From the IMG/VR virus record IMGVR_UViG_3300025133_000042, positions 1 to 64,000 of that record: a stretch of DNA of 64,000 nucleotides. One strand, 5' to 3'. The notes below the pieces were generated by a model. The model saw only the letters and a program-made list of their open reading frames with translations, made no database searches and was not told the origin of the DNA. Below are positions 19,325-28,622 of the stretch, one piece after another. This DNA comes from a virus. The position numbers and the translations under genes were made by a program. The stretch's first letter is position 1, and every line of letters begins with the position of its first letter.

Positions 19325-19530
19325 TTCACTTTTCTCAAGTCTTGGACCAGATAACGGCGCACTGTGCCGTTTAGCTTTGTCTTCGTCGTAAGCTGAACGT
19401 GGTACACAGGATATGCCTCGGGGTGACCCTCGGGGTGACCAGCTGGCTTTGCCATAACGATTAGGCCGATTGTGTTCTTTGGGACACCAATGGAAGCCCT
19501 CGTAATCCTTACCAAATCACCCGGCTGCAC
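19321..19530 (-). CDS. KOW/SH3-like microprotein
   Basis: MQPGDLV...IGLIV. Confidence 0.65.
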   Translation of the reverse strand: MQPGDLVRITRASIGVPKNTIGLIVMAKPAGHPEGHPEAYPVYHVQLTTKTKLNGTVRRYLVQDLRKVK

Positions 19531-19723
19531 GACTTAGCACCTCCAAGACGCCTCTTTCGGGCCTCGTAGTGGTATCGCCATGCCAGCGCACGATGCATCG
19601 GGTGCCTTCACACCGAATAACAACACCGGCTCGGCCGGTTTCGAGACCATGATAGCCGCGTTCAGCTTGTGCTAAGTCGTCGAGCATGACGAGATCTCCG
19701 ACCTTTGGCTTTTTGCTAGGCAT
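19517..19723 (-). CDS. KOW/SH3-like microprotein
   Basis: MPSKKPKVGDLV...GVVI...IVRW...LEVLS. Confidence 0.6.
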   Translation of the reverse strand: MPSKKPKVGDLVMLDDLAQAERGYHGLETGRAGVVIRCEGTRCIVRWHGDTTTRPERGVLEVLSRAAG

Positions 19724-19784
19724 TTCATGCCCTTGTGTGTGTGCATGTGAGGGAAAAATTTTGGCGCAGCGCTTCGCGCTGCTG

Positions 19785-20108
19785 CTAAAAGCCTCGAACC
19801 GCGCGAGCGGTAGCGTCACACCACGCCATGGCTCTCTCTTCGCCGCCGCCGTAGCAAAATTCTACAGGCTTGCCGATGACCTCCTCCCTCACATCGAACC
19901 GGGCAGCGATATAGTGGTCATTAACGCGCGCCACCGCAACTTGCGTGCCATCGGCTAGCCAAGCCTTGTGGATAATCGTTGCTGGCATATTGGCTGACGA
20001 TGGTCGACGCGGGCCGCGATATCCTCGCTTGTCACCGTTCGGTGCGGTGCGGTGGGACTTGTTGCTGACTTTCATATGACGCGAAAAGGTTCGATTCTTG
20101 GTCGCCAC
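19785..20108 (-). CDS. hypothetical early protein
   Basis: promoter, AGGAG RBS, GTG start. Confidence 0.5.
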   Translation of the reverse strand: MATKNRTFSRHMKVSNKSHRTAPNGDKRGYRGPRRPSSANMPATIIHKAWLADGTQVAVARVNDHYIAARFDVREEVIGKPVEFCYGGGEERAMAWCDATARAVRGF

Positions 20109-20270
20109 GTGGGCTCCTATTGCTTGAGACACCTAAAACATAGGCACCTAGGTTGAACAGTAAAGCATTTTTTAAACCCACCCTAACCCGCTAACATTAC
20201 TACTTAAATTGAAGGAGGATAAGATATATTCTTATCAAGAAGTTAATGTAAGCACACTCGCAACTATCAC

Positions 20271-20504
20271 TTAATGAAGACGCTTGCGCCTCCATTTAGT
20301 GCTTTTATTCAATAAGAAGTGCTCGCACCTCCCCGAATCGATTGAATCGTAAATTGTTTTCTTCTTTTCTCTGAAAAGGTCGCCGGGGCCACCTGAATGG
20401 GCTGTGTAATATTGAACTGACTTGCCTGATAGCTTTGTTATCACGCCAGTCTTCACCCCATCGACGACAATCATGTCACCGACCTTTAGCGTCCACCTGC
20501 CCAT
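20271..20504 (-). CDS. KOW/SH3-like protein
   Basis: LKVGDMIV...GVIT. Confidence 0.55.
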   Translation of the reverse strand: MGRWTLKVGDMIVVDGVKTGVITKLSGKSVQYYTAHSGGPGDLFREKKKTIYDSIDSGRCEHFLLNKSTKWRRKRLH

Positions 20505-20728
20505 CAGTCCTCGTTACAAGGCGGGTGCGACCAGTTCTCATATTGCCAATCGCTGATGATGCCACTCTTGCAAAGGCTATCCGTCCAATTGTTCCAAGCC
20601 TCGCAGCGCGCGCAGGTGTCGGGTCTGCCGTCTTGCTCATAAGTGCGCTGAACTATTGGCAAAATCAGGTTAGTGAACTCGTCAACAGCATCTTGCCAGA
20701 GCATCGGGTTGTCAATGTCGCGGGCCAT
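20504..20728 (-). CDS. hypothetical early protein
   Basis: promoter + GGAGG RBS; EAWNNWTDSLCKSG. Confidence 0.6.
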   Translation of the reverse strand: MARDIDNPMLWQDAVDEFTNLILPIVQRTYEQDGRPDTCARCEAWNNWTDSLCKSGIISDWQYENWSHPPCNED

Positions 20729-20790
20729 GATGGGCCTCCTCTGTTTGGGACGTCTTAACTATAGGCACGTATGAGCGTGAGTAAAAAATT

Positions 20791-21090
20791 TTAAAAGCTC
20801 CCGTTGTATTCCCAGCAAATATCATTGCCCCATCGACAATACTCCTCGAACCAATCATCAACATACCAAACGCAGCAAGTCGAGCCGTCGTCATACCAAT
20901 CGCACCACTCCGGTACATAATGATACGGTTCATCCCAGCACCCTCCAGCATAATAGTGCTCGATGGGCACATCCTGCGTCAGTGCGGTGGAGTGTGTGGT
21001 GCTAAAATCAAAACGTGGGGTCTTCGCCTCGAACGCGCAGGATGCCATGATCAGCGCTGCTAGTGTAAGAATCGTGACAATCTTTTTCAT
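20791..21090 (-). CDS. Cys/Trp-rich lipoprotein
   Basis: MASC lipobox; ATG 6 nt below the -10 box. Confidence 0.55.
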   Translation of the reverse strand: MKKIVTILTLAALIMASCAFEAKTPRFDFSTTHSTALTQDVPIEHYYAGGCWDEPYHYVPEWCDWYDDGSTCCVWYVDDWFEEYCRWGNDICWEYNGSF

Positions 21091-21126
21091 GCTTGAATCG
21101 CAGGGACGGAGGCTAAGAAGTAAAAA

Positions 21127-22410
21127 TTATTTTTCATCGATTGCGATAACTCGCTCATTCGTCTGGAAGTAAGGCCGAGCGGCGTGTCGCTTGGTAGTCA
21201 TCCACATGCGCTGACATTTACTAGCTTTTGGCTTTGGAGCTTCCATATCTGTCAGGACAATGTGCCCGTCAAACTTATGAGCGTTGACATACTCAGTCGG
21301 GGCATTGAAGCACGTGCCGCCATAGCAGTAGCGTATTTTGGGATGGCTTTGGCCCTTTTTCCAAATAAAAACAGAATCTTTCGCGACCTGGGTGTCAAAC
21401 GGGATGACTGTAAACGTAGCGATATCAGCGAGCTTGTTCAGTTCCGCATAAAAAGCAGCCAGCATGCCGTCAGACACAGAGCCAGACTGGTCAATACTCA
21501 CTGCGATGTTCGCAGTCCGGTTAACTTTGCGACCGGGATGAATGTAGGGATAGCGACGATTCAGGCGTTTGGGTGTACTGCGCTTGTCGGCGCGTTGCGA
21601 CGTCTTGACGAAGTAGCGAAGCACCTTGCGCCAGTCGACCTTAGATGTCAGACGTTCAACAATTTCTTTGCGGCAAGAGGCGGAGACAGAGCCCCATCCT
21701 CGGCTAGAAGCCTCGTTAGCAGCGTCTCGGAGAGCCTCCTTAACACGCTCTTTCGCAATATCAACAGCTTGCTGTTGCTCAGGGGTCATCTCTCCCTGTC
21801 CCCACTCCGAGTGGTCGTCAAACTGACCACAATTATCAGGGTCAAAAGTGTTGGATGACCCTTGGCTCGAACCATCGTCGTCGCCTTCACCTGGCTGTCC
21901 GGCTTGCCCATCGGCGCCGGAATCGTCGTCTTCGTCAGCCTTCTTCTTCAGCATATCAAAGTAAACTTCTGCGGCGAGACCTCCCTCGAAGTCCTCGAAC
22001 ATCTTGCCACCTGGGATACAACAACTTTCAGGCAGCTTGTCAGCGCCGATATGCCAATTAATGGCAAGATCAGTAGCGATATTCCAGAGCTTGAATTCCT
22101 TCATCTGCTCGCTAGTAGGGTTCTTGGTTTGCATGACGCCTGCAAGGCTGTCTGGCAAGCGACCAGTGAGGTGCTCGTAAACAAGATGGCTGAATTCATG
22201 AATCAGCACGCCTTGGCGTTGCTGGTCGTTTAGCTCCTCGAAGAACTTGGCGTTGTAAGAAAGCTCAAGACGCCCATCGTCATTGATACGCACGCCAGCA
22301 GTCGGAATTGAATCATTCCGCTTCTTCTCAATCCGCCGAGAGAGCGCAGCATAAAAAGGCTCGCTCATCAGCAGACGGTAAACATGGTCATTGAGATTGA
22401 AGTCGGACAT
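21127..22410 (-). CDS. DUF2201-type metallopeptidase + VWA-like domain protein
   Basis: VLIHEFSH, WNIATDLAIN, FDDHSEW, SIDQSGSV, GGTCF, LTDME. Confidence 0.85.
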   Translation of the reverse strand: MSDFNLNDHVYRLLMSEPFYAALSRRIEKKRNDSIPTAGVRINDDGRLELSYNAKFFEELNDQQRQGVLIHEFSHLVYEHLTGRLPDSLAGVMQTKNPTSEQMKEFKLWNIATDLAINWHIGADKLPESCCIPGGKMFEDFEGGLAAEVYFDMLKKKADEDDDSGADGQAGQPGEGDDDGSSQGSSNTFDPDNCGQFDDHSEWGQGEMTPEQQQAVDIAKERVKEALRDAANEASSRGWGSVSASCRKEIVERLTSKVDWRKVLRYFVKTSQRADKRSTPKRLNRRYPYIHPGRKVNRTANIAVSIDQSGSVSDGMLAAFYAELNKLADIATFTVIPFDTQVAKDSVFIWKKGQSHPKIRYCYGGTCFNAPTEYVNAHKFDGHIVLTDMEAPKPKASKCQRMWMTTKRHAARPYFQTNERVIAIDEK

Positions 22411-22659
22411 CGATGTCCTCCGTTCTTCCGGGGTACACATAAACTATAAGTACCGTCGTCAAAAGGTAAAGGGGAAAAAGCGGGGGGGAGTAAGGGGCGG
22501 ATTTTATTCACAGAGCCGCCGTGCTATCTTGTTTTTCTAGTTTCGCGACTGTCAACAAGCAAACCCAGTAGTCATAAACTATACAATCGCCCTGCTATAC
22601 GACTCTCACAATCAATACTCCTGCCCCTAAGCAGTATAAAACTCAACAATACTCAAACC

Positions 22660-23718
22660 TTACTCGGTCGCAGCACCGAGTACCTGAACCAACTTGTCAG
22701 CCACGCCAGTACCGTCGGCGCTGCGAGACTGATGGAACCCAGTAACATTCTTGATGTCTCCAGTGCCCAGAGCAGTCCAGAGCTTCATCGTAGCCTCAGA
22801 TGGCAGCGAGACAAAGTAGGTTGCCAGGTTAGCCAACTGATCAGCAGTCAGCACTTCCTTGAAGCACTCGCTAGACTCCATCTTCTCAATCAAAGCGCAG
22901 TGGTCAGTGATGGTGAATTCAGAGGTCTTTTCAACCTTGCCCTGGTCAAGAATCATCTCAGGGGTAACCTGTCGGTCATAATTCTGGAAGAAATCGTTGA
23001 AAGCTACTGCGGCCTCGAAGCCGACAAAGCCACCACAAAGGTGAAAAATGGCGGGAGTGTGCTCGATGAGCATGTCGGCCGAATCCAGGCAGTCATTCAG
23101 ACGCTTCCAGGAGCGCCGCGACGGGTAAACCTTGTTAGGCTCGAAATCTCCGCCATGCTCAAGGTGCGAGCGATTTTGGTTGATGAAGTCCCAGACAACA
23201 TCCGTAACATTTTCCTTGGCCCAGTTAAGCCAGTCCTCGGCGGTCGGCTCCACGTCGAACACAGTCCAGCGGTCAAGCTCGGCGGGATCCATCTCACCAA
23301 CCTGATACTGCGAGCCATGCTCACCACCGTTGACGGCAGCGACGACGACAGTATCCTCGTGCAAGAAGTTGCCAAAGATCTTGCGAGAATCAGTCAGTTC
23401 AAAAATGCCTTGACGGACTTCAGGAATAGCCCGGTCGACCTCATCGAGAAAGAGGAGCACCGGACGGGCGCAGGCATCTGCCAGCCAGTCAGGCGCACAG
23501 AAACTAGTCACGTCGCCATCGGTACGAGGCAGACCAACGAGGTCGCCCTCGGTCATCTGAGACGCTCTGCGCTCGACGACGGGGAGGCGCATGTCGCTGG
23601 CAATTTGATAGACAAGCTCGGACTTGCCAATGCCGTGACGACCACGGAGCATAAGAGGCTTGCGTACACGCAGAACGTGGGGAGCAACGGAAACAAATGT
23701 TTTGAAATCGAGAGCCAT
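22660..23718 (-). CDS. MoxR-like AAA+ ATPase
   Basis: Walker A GRHGIGKS, Walker B LFLDEVDR, MDPAELDRW, PSRRSW. Confidence 0.9.
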   Translation of the reverse strand: MALDFKTFVSVAPHVLRVRKPLMLRGRHGIGKSELVYQIASDMRLPVVERRASQMTEGDLVGLPRTDGDVTSFCAPDWLADACARPVLLFLDEVDRAIPEVRQGIFELTDSRKIFGNFLHEDTVVVAAVNGGEHGSQYQVGEMDPAELDRWTVFDVEPTAEDWLNWAKENVTDVVWDFINQNRSHLEHGGDFEPNKVYPSRRSWKRLNDCLDSADMLIEHTPAIFHLCGGFVGFEAAVAFNDFFQNYDRQVTPEMILDQGKVEKTSEFTITDHCALIEKMESSECFKEVLTADQLANLATYFVSLPSEATMKLWTALGTGDIKNVTGFHQSRSADGTGVADKLVQVLGAATE

Positions 23719-23799
23719 GGTGAAAACCTCTTAATGGCGGGGTGTTTGTATTACAAATAAACTATAGGGACAGAGCCCCTATAGTAAATAGTTTTCTTT

Positions 23800-23871
23800 T
23801 TAGGGAAGGACAGTAATACGAATAGCGAGAGCAGCGACAGTCATTAGACCATAAGCAAGATATAGAACCAT
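23800..23871 (-). CDS. 23-aa hydrophobic peptide
   Basis: MVLYLAYGLMTVAALAIRITVLP; own promoter and GGAG RBS. Confidence 0.45.
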   Translation of the reverse strand: MVLYLAYGLMTVAALAIRITVLP

Positions 23872-23967
23872 TTTTGTCTCCAAGGGAGCCAGAGTAAACA
23901 ACGAAGCCAAGACTGCCCTGGCTACGAACAAAGAATAAGAACCCTTTTAGGTGGGTAAAGACCTTTC

Positions 23968-24636
23968 TTAAATTTTCTTAGCGCGTTTGAGGTATCGCTC
24001 TTCTGTCTTGAAGGGTTTGGCGCCTCCAACTGGCAGCACAGTGTACTTTCTAGCGCCTTTGGTCGCGCTCAAGCTATTATCCGAAACATCAATGATTACA
24101 ACCATCTTGCCGCGATGGCGAGATGACTCGCCTGCAACGTTTTTTCCGTCGCGGATTTGAGCCATCGCGCCCGGTGCAAAGAGCGGAGGTGTCTCGGAAT
24201 TCGTCATGGCGCGTTGGACGTATTTGTTTTCCACCATCTTGCGGTAGAGCTTTTCAGAAGGAATGTAACTAGAATCATTAAGGATTCGATCAGACGCATC
24301 GCTAAAGTACGGCGGGTTCGCCTTGTAGTATCGCGCAGCGAACTCAGACTTTTGACGCTTGTCATCGTCAAAGCTCGCGCGCCATTCGCTAGCAGCCTTT
24401 ACGTTCTTCGGGTCGCTCTTTTTTTCAATTCGCTGAAAGATTTCATGCTGTTTGGAGGTGAGTCGACCCCACTTCTTAGCATTGTCTAGCAAAGAAGACA
24501 GGAAATTGCGTTCCCAGTCGGTCAGAGTAGTTACGCCGCGTGCTGCGACCCTCTCAATCCTTGAGATGAGATTCTTTGTCTCAGATGGATCAGTTGTCGC
24601 AGGTCGTCGAGAATATCGTCGTCGCGGGTAGCCCAT
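23968..24636 (-). CDS. hypothetical protein with C-terminal SH3-like domain
   Basis: LTDWERNFLSSL...LTSKQ; FAPGAMAQI...ERYLK. Confidence 0.6.
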   Translation of the reverse strand: MGYPRRRYSRRPATTDPSETKNLISRIERVAARGVTTLTDWERNFLSSLLDNAKKWGRLTSKQHEIFQRIEKKSDPKNVKAASEWRASFDDDKRQKSEFAARYYKANPPYFSDASDRILNDSSYIPSEKLYRKMVENKYVQRAMTNSETPPLFAPGAMAQIRDGKNVAGESSRHRGKMVVIIDVSDNSLSATKGARKYTVLPVGGAKPFKTEERYLKRAKKI

Positions 24637-24693
24637 GAGCCTCTCCGTGTCTTGGGTACATCTAAACTATAGATACCAAGTTTCTTGAGTAAA

Positions 24694-25107
24694 CTAAAAA
24701 TATATCGAGCGTGAGACGCCAATACCATCGAAGGCGCAGCCTTCCTTGCGGATATCATTAGTGTCTTCGCCAATTCTCAAGAAAGAAAAGAATTCTTCCC
24801 ATGCGCGCTCGTAGGTTGTGCCGTCGCGGTGCTTTCCTGGCGGAGCTTCATCAAGACCATACTCAGACATATCATCACTAGCGAGAGCATCGATGAAATC
24901 GTTGATTGGGTCAATGTCTTCGTAGCCTTCGTACCACTTGATACTTGACCAATACACTAGCCAATCGCCAGAATTCTCATAGCCTGACTGGAAGGTGTCA
25001 GCGTTTTGACACATCTCCATGGACTTAGGATTCTTTGCGAGCATCGCCATAAAGGCAGGGGCAGCTTCGGGTGTAATAGCTAGCACAACTTCAGATCGAT
25101 AGCCCAT
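24694..25107 (-). CDS. conserved phage hypothetical protein
   Basis: MGYRSEV...KWYE...FLRIGED pattern. Confidence 0.6.
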   Translation of the reverse strand: MGYRSEVVLAITPEAAPAFMAMLAKNPKSMEMCQNADTFQSGYENSGDWLVYWSSIKWYEGYEDIDPINDFIDALASDDMSEYGLDEAPPGKHRDGTTYERAWEEFFSFLRIGEDTNDIRKEGCAFDGIGVSRSIYF

Positions 25108-25376
25108 TACTGACGAGCCTCCCACAAACGCCAGCCTGCTGTGCTAACTGACTGCTCCGTGGCGCCATCGATTTCTCGTCGCTTCGCGTGTGATGCGAAA
25201 ACTTCAGTGCCGTCTGGCATGCGAATGAGGTACTGTGAGCCTCTAATGTGCTCAAGCACGAGGGCGCCCTCGAAGCCTTTCTGTGTAATTACGGAGCCTT
25301 CGACGGCTCGACGTTCACGAGCGAATCTTGCTCGGTCTTCTGGCGAGAGTCCGTGACGGTTTTGTCGACGACCCAT
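25107..25376 (-). CDS. hypothetical early protein
   Basis: promoter + GGAGAG RBS. Confidence 0.5.
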   Translation of the reverse strand: MGRRQNRHGLSPEDRARFARERRAVEGSVITQKGFEGALVLEHIRGSQYLIRMPDGTEVFASHAKRREIDGATEQSVSTAGWRLWEARQ

Positions 25377-25449
25377 TTTACTCTCCGTTGTACGGGTTGT
25401 TGTCTTCTTCAACTATAGGGACATTATCATGTAAGGTAAAATAATTTAT

Positions 25450-25629
25450 CTATCTACTTGAAATTAAAGTAGTATCCTCTGCTGACTGCCAGAACGTCAT
25501 ACCGTCGACATGACTCAAGTATTTGAAGCCTATCCAAATTTTGCTTGAGCCCAGCGAATCCGCATCAACAGCCATGACTATTCCAACCCGGCCACTGTTG
25601 TTATCCTCAATCAAATCACCGACTTGCAC
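25450..25629 (-). CDS. KOW/SH3-like microprotein (59 aa, not in ORF track)
   Basis: MQVGDLIEDNNSGRVGIVM...LISSR. Confidence 0.65.
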   Translation of the reverse strand: MQVGDLIEDNNSGRVGIVMAVDADSLGSSKIWIGFKYLSHVDGMTFWQSAEDTTLISSR

Positions 25630-25801
25630 TGATAAGCTCCAAGGCGTATCGGGCGCAGCTTCCCGGCTCGCGGTCTGGCATTGTCGACCACTTGACCCGG
25701 CATCGTCTGGCCTGAGCCTCTACCGAGATAATGATTCCAATACCATACATTTGCGGTGGTGCAACGGCTGGCCTCATTCGTACCAAGTCACCGACTTGCA
25801 T
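25616..25801 (-). CDS. KOW/SH3-like microprotein
   Basis: MQVGDLV...GIGIII...VKW...LELISASR. Confidence 0.65.
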   Translation of the reverse strand: MQVGDLVRMRPAVAPPQMYGIGIIISVEAQARRCRVKWSTMPDREPGSCARYALELISASR

Positions 25802-25941
25802 TAGTCTCTCCAGCGAAGATGCTTCGCAACCTGACGTTTTGGCTTGCGCCTGCGACCCTTGCGGAAGTCATCGGCTCGCTTGTGATGGGCGCCAGCCTTG
25901 CCTGCATGCATCACTCGTGCGTCTATGCTTGCGTGTTTCAT
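25801..25941 (-). CDS. 46-aa basic peptide
   Basis: MKHASIDARVMHAGKAGAHHKR...; coupled on both sides. Confidence 0.45.
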   Translation of the reverse strand: MKHASIDARVMHAGKAGAHHKRADDFRKGRRRKPKRQVAKHLRWRD

Positions 25942-26135
25942 CTCCATCGCTCCAAATAAAGTGTGTTCGCCAGATAGGTGCTGCCCTCGGTATCCATGAC
26001 GCGAACAAAAGCCCGGTCGGTGGCGCCCGTGTCAACGAAGGACATAATCAAAGCCGGAACAATCTCGTTGTCGCGAGACATGGCCTTCACTAAAGCACCG
26101 GGCTTGATTTCATCTTGTCGAAGATATATGTTCAT
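25938..26135 (-). CDS. KOW/SH3-like microprotein
   Basis: IKPGALVKA. Confidence 0.5.
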   Translation of the reverse strand: MNIYLRQDEIKPGALVKAMSRDNEIVPALIMSFVDTGATDRAFVRVMDTEGSTYLANTLYLERWR

Positions 26136-26168
26136 GCCTACACTATAGGAACGAAAAAAAATAATTAA

Positions 26169-26342
26169 CTAATCTTCTGCCCATTCGCAACGAATAATAC
26201 GGCTGCTCCCACATGCGTGACAGTTGCTGCCGACGGCATGCCGGGTCGCACGAGGCTTTGTGTGGTATTTGCAACCACATGAGCCGCAGTAGTAGTTGTA
26301 CTCTGCTTTCTTCTTCTCAGGTGGCTTCATCGCTGCAAACAT
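26169..26342 (-). CDS. 57-aa zinc-ribbon protein (not in ORF track)
   Basis: YYCGSCG...CHACGS; GAGG RBS. Confidence 0.55.
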   Translation of the reverse strand: MFAAMKPPEKKKAEYNYYCGSCGCKYHTKPRATRHAVGSNCHACGSSRIIRCEWAED

Positions 26343-26479
26343 CTTCTTCCTCTGTTGCTACTATTATAGAGACATTCCCAGGATTAGAAAGGACGCCATC
26401 ATCATCACGAACCAAATCCCCTCTAGAATCTCGTATTTGTTCATCTTTTTTGCTCCCATTGGCAATGAAAAACCATTCG

Positions 26480-26749
26480 CTATTTGACATGAGAAACCAC
26501 CATAATTTCCCAACTTTGATGTTTCCGAACTCTTGGCTTTGGCGTTGCCTCGTGAGGCAGGCTCTTCAGCCAATGCACAACGACATCGTATCGTTCTTCT
26601 TTCCATGCCCCAAGCATATTCGCCTTGTGGCGCTCGACGACGTGCTCTTTTGCCAGCACAAATCCGTACCATTCCGGCCCAGAGCTAGGGAGCCAAGCCT
26701 CGCGGACGACGGCGCCGGGCTGGAGCTTTTTAGCTTCCTTCAATTTCAT
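26480..26749 (-). CDS. KOW/SH3-like protein
   Basis: LQPGAVV...GFVL...VVHW...IMVVS. Confidence 0.55.
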   Translation of the reverse strand: MKLKEAKKLQPGAVVREAWLPSSGPEWYGFVLAKEHVVERHKANMLGAWKEERYDVVVHWLKSLPHEATPKPRVRKHQSWEIMVVSHVK

Positions 26750-26928
26750 GGAGCCATAAACCTTTCCTTGTCTTCAGAAAAAGTATCGGTGGAGGCGTCA
26801 TCATTCTCTCTGTTGAGATTTGAGAGCAGGGCTTCAAGCACCTCAGCGCGCTCTTGCGCGGTATCCAGGCATTTAGAGCATTGCTCTTCCAGGGTTTGAG
26901 AAATAATGTCTTTCAAATTAGGATTCAT
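26746..26928 (-). CDS. small helical protein (probable paralog of 28434-28622)
   Basis: C...LD...E...V pattern. Confidence 0.5.
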   Translation of the reverse strand: MNPNLKDIISQTLEEQCSKCLDTAQERAEVLEALLSNLNRENDDASTDTFSEDKERFMAP

Positions 26929-27115
26929 TTAGAGCCTCCAGCCATCGTTCGCTGTTCCATGAATAGTCAGCGCAGCCACGGGGCGCGTCGAACCAGTATA
27001 CCCTGTAAGGACAGCCATTCGGGTTCGTAAGTTGTGGCCTGCTTACTTCTATTATAATCCCCAAGCTGTTGTGGTCAAGGGCATGATTGTTTTTTACCAA
27101 ATCACCGACTTTCAC
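26918..27115 (-). CDS. KOW/SH3-like microprotein
   Basis: MKVGDLV. Confidence 0.7.
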   Translation of the reverse strand: MKVGDLVKNNHALDHNSLGIIIEVSRPQLTNPNGCPYRVYWFDAPRGCADYSWNSERWLEALNES

Positions 27116-27348
27116 TTATCACCTGTACAGACTTTTGAGATTATTTTTACCAGACCTTCAGTCAGGGCATCTTCGCCTATGTCGCAGACGTAAGGAATAC
27201 TCGGCCACTTTATCTTCCATGAGGGCATCATGCCATCTGGGTATTCCGCTAATTCTCCAACTACGCCTACTTTGTAGCCTGGGCCGATAGCCACCACGAG
27301 ACCTATCTCGCCATCAGTATGGTCTTGAATTAAATCACCGACTTTCAC
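27112..27348 (-). CDS. KOW/SH3-like microprotein
   Basis: MKVGDLI. Confidence 0.7.
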   Translation of the reverse strand: MKVGDLIQDHTDGEIGLVVAIGPGYKVGVVGELAEYPDGMMPSWKIKWPSIPYVCDIGEDALTEGLVKIISKVCTGDK

Positions 27349-27523
27349 TGAAAACCTTTAGTTCTAGTGCGTCGTACCACATACGACCGATTTCCTCAAA
27401 GTCGTCGAACCACTGTACCTCAAAGTAGACGGCGCCTTCGGCGCTCTCGTGGGAGTCCAGTACAATGCCTTTTCCTGGTGGATGTAGCCGATTGTTACGG
27501 ACAACCAAATCACCGACTTTCAC
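27335..27523 (-). CDS. KOW/SH3-like microprotein
   Basis: MKVGDLV...SESR; start corrected to the GTG in the junction. Confidence 0.7.
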   Translation of the reverse strand: MKVGDLVVRNNRLHPPGKGIVLDSHESAEGAVYFEVQWFDDFEEIGRMWYDALELKVFSESR

Positions 27524-27701
27524 TGACAATCTCCAGATCTTCTTCTTCATACCACAGAAAGTCTTCAGGCCACTGGACGCATATGCTTAGCGCGGAGTGC
27601 CTCGACGACTCTATCATTATTACAATGCCGATGCCAGAGTCAATGTCCGACCCAAAAACTAGGCTTCCCTCTTTGCACCTTACCAAATCACCGATTTTCA
27701 C
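27510..27701 (-). CDS. KOW/SH3-like microprotein
   Basis: MKIGDLV...SESR. Confidence 0.7.
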   Translation of the reverse strand: MKIGDLVRCKEGSLVFGSDIDSGIGIVIMIESSRHSALSICVQWPEDFLWYEEEDLEIVSESR

Positions 27702-27855
27702 TGAGTATTACCAACTGAGATTCCGGCCATTGTATTCGTTCGTCGCCACAAATAACTGTATACCAGCCACGCCAGGCCTCCGACGAAGAAACTATTAAGC
27801 CGAGCCTCTCGTCAGAAAACGAACCAATCAGCTTAACAATATCACCGACTTTCAT
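27688..27855 (-). CDS. KOW/SH3-like microprotein (55 aa, not in ORF track)
   Basis: MKVGDIVKLIGSFSDERLGLIV...LSENR. Confidence 0.7.
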   Translation of the reverse strand: MKVGDIVKLIGSFSDERLGLIVSSSEAWRGWYTVICGDERIQWPESQLVILSENR

Positions 27856-28024
27856 TTAGCAACTCCAAAAGTTCATGCTCGATGGGGTAAAGCCCGCTAT
27901 GCTCAGGGCTACCAAACCAATGAATAATAGCCTGGTCTCCATACTTATCGCCGTCGATGTCCAAGATAATGCCGATATCTTTCGCGTGTGGATGTGTCCA
28001 CTTAACCAAATCACCGACTTTCAT
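27842..28024 (-). CDS. KOW/SH3-like microprotein
   Basis: MKVGDLV...NESR; leaderless, 6 nt from the -10 box. Confidence 0.7.
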   Translation of the reverse strand: MKVGDLVKWTHPHAKDIGIILDIDGDKYGDQAIIHWFGSPEHSGLYPIEHELLELLNESR

Positions 28025-28044
28025 GTCTTAATCATAGGTACGGA

Positions 28045-28251
28045 TTACGAGGAGTAAAGAGTGTCGATTTGATTTTCGAGGACAGAGTGTCTGTACGGGT
28101 CATGGTTCGGACAATGGTTCCACTGAACGAAGTACCATGGTGTGTATTCTTTATCGGGCTGACCTTTGTCAATGCAGACGAGGAGACCAATACTCCCCGC
28201 GTCCCATATACGACCCTCTTCGAGGGCTATTACAATATCACCTGCTTTCAC
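28045..28251 (-). CDS. KOW/SH3-like microprotein
   Basis: MKAGDIV. Confidence 0.7.
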   Translation of the reverse strand: MKAGDIVIALEEGRIWDAGSIGLLVCIDKGQPDKEYTPWYFVQWNHCPNHDPYRHSVLENQIDTLYSS

Positions 28252-28447
28252 TAATTAACTCCAGTTCTTCAGGGTCGTGCCACAAAAAATCATCGTTCCA
28301 TTGAACGCGAAAACTCTTCCACGGTTCGGTCTCGCAGTCGCCGTCGATATAGGTGCCCTCGTCCATCATAGTAATGACGCCGGGGCCATAGTAAACACCT
28401 GATACCTGCCAGTTCTCTTTGAGCAGTGCAATATCACCGACTTTCAT
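28238..28447 (-). CDS. KOW/SH3-like microprotein
   Basis: MKVGDIA...SESR; start corrected. Confidence 0.7.
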   Translation of the reverse strand: MKVGDIALLKENWQVSGVYYGPGVITMMDEGTYIDGDCETEPWKSFRVQWNDDFLWHDPEELELISESR

Positions 28448-28622
28448 TGTTACACTTTCCCAGTCGACGCATACGGCATCCACACCGATTGTCAATCCAC
28501 CGTTCGACTGTATTCCCAATGACTTCCATCACGGCCTCAAAATCTTCTTTGTTATCTAGGGAACGAGCATCGCACTTCTGTGCTAGCATATGTTCGATTT
28601 CTTTTACAAGATCATGCTTCAC
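28434..28622 (-). CDS. small helical protein
   Basis: non-KOW gene ending NESR. Confidence 0.5.
   Translation of the reverse strand: MKHDLVKEIEHMLAQKCDARSLDNKEDFEAVMEVIGNTVERWIDNRCGCRMRRLGKCNNESR

Noticed and set aside
21184-23760. Long + strand ORFs (21184-21858, 22732-23760; also 26213-26899, 46787-47311 and others)
   Set aside because: Antisense shadows of well-supported minus-strand genes, with no motifs of their own.
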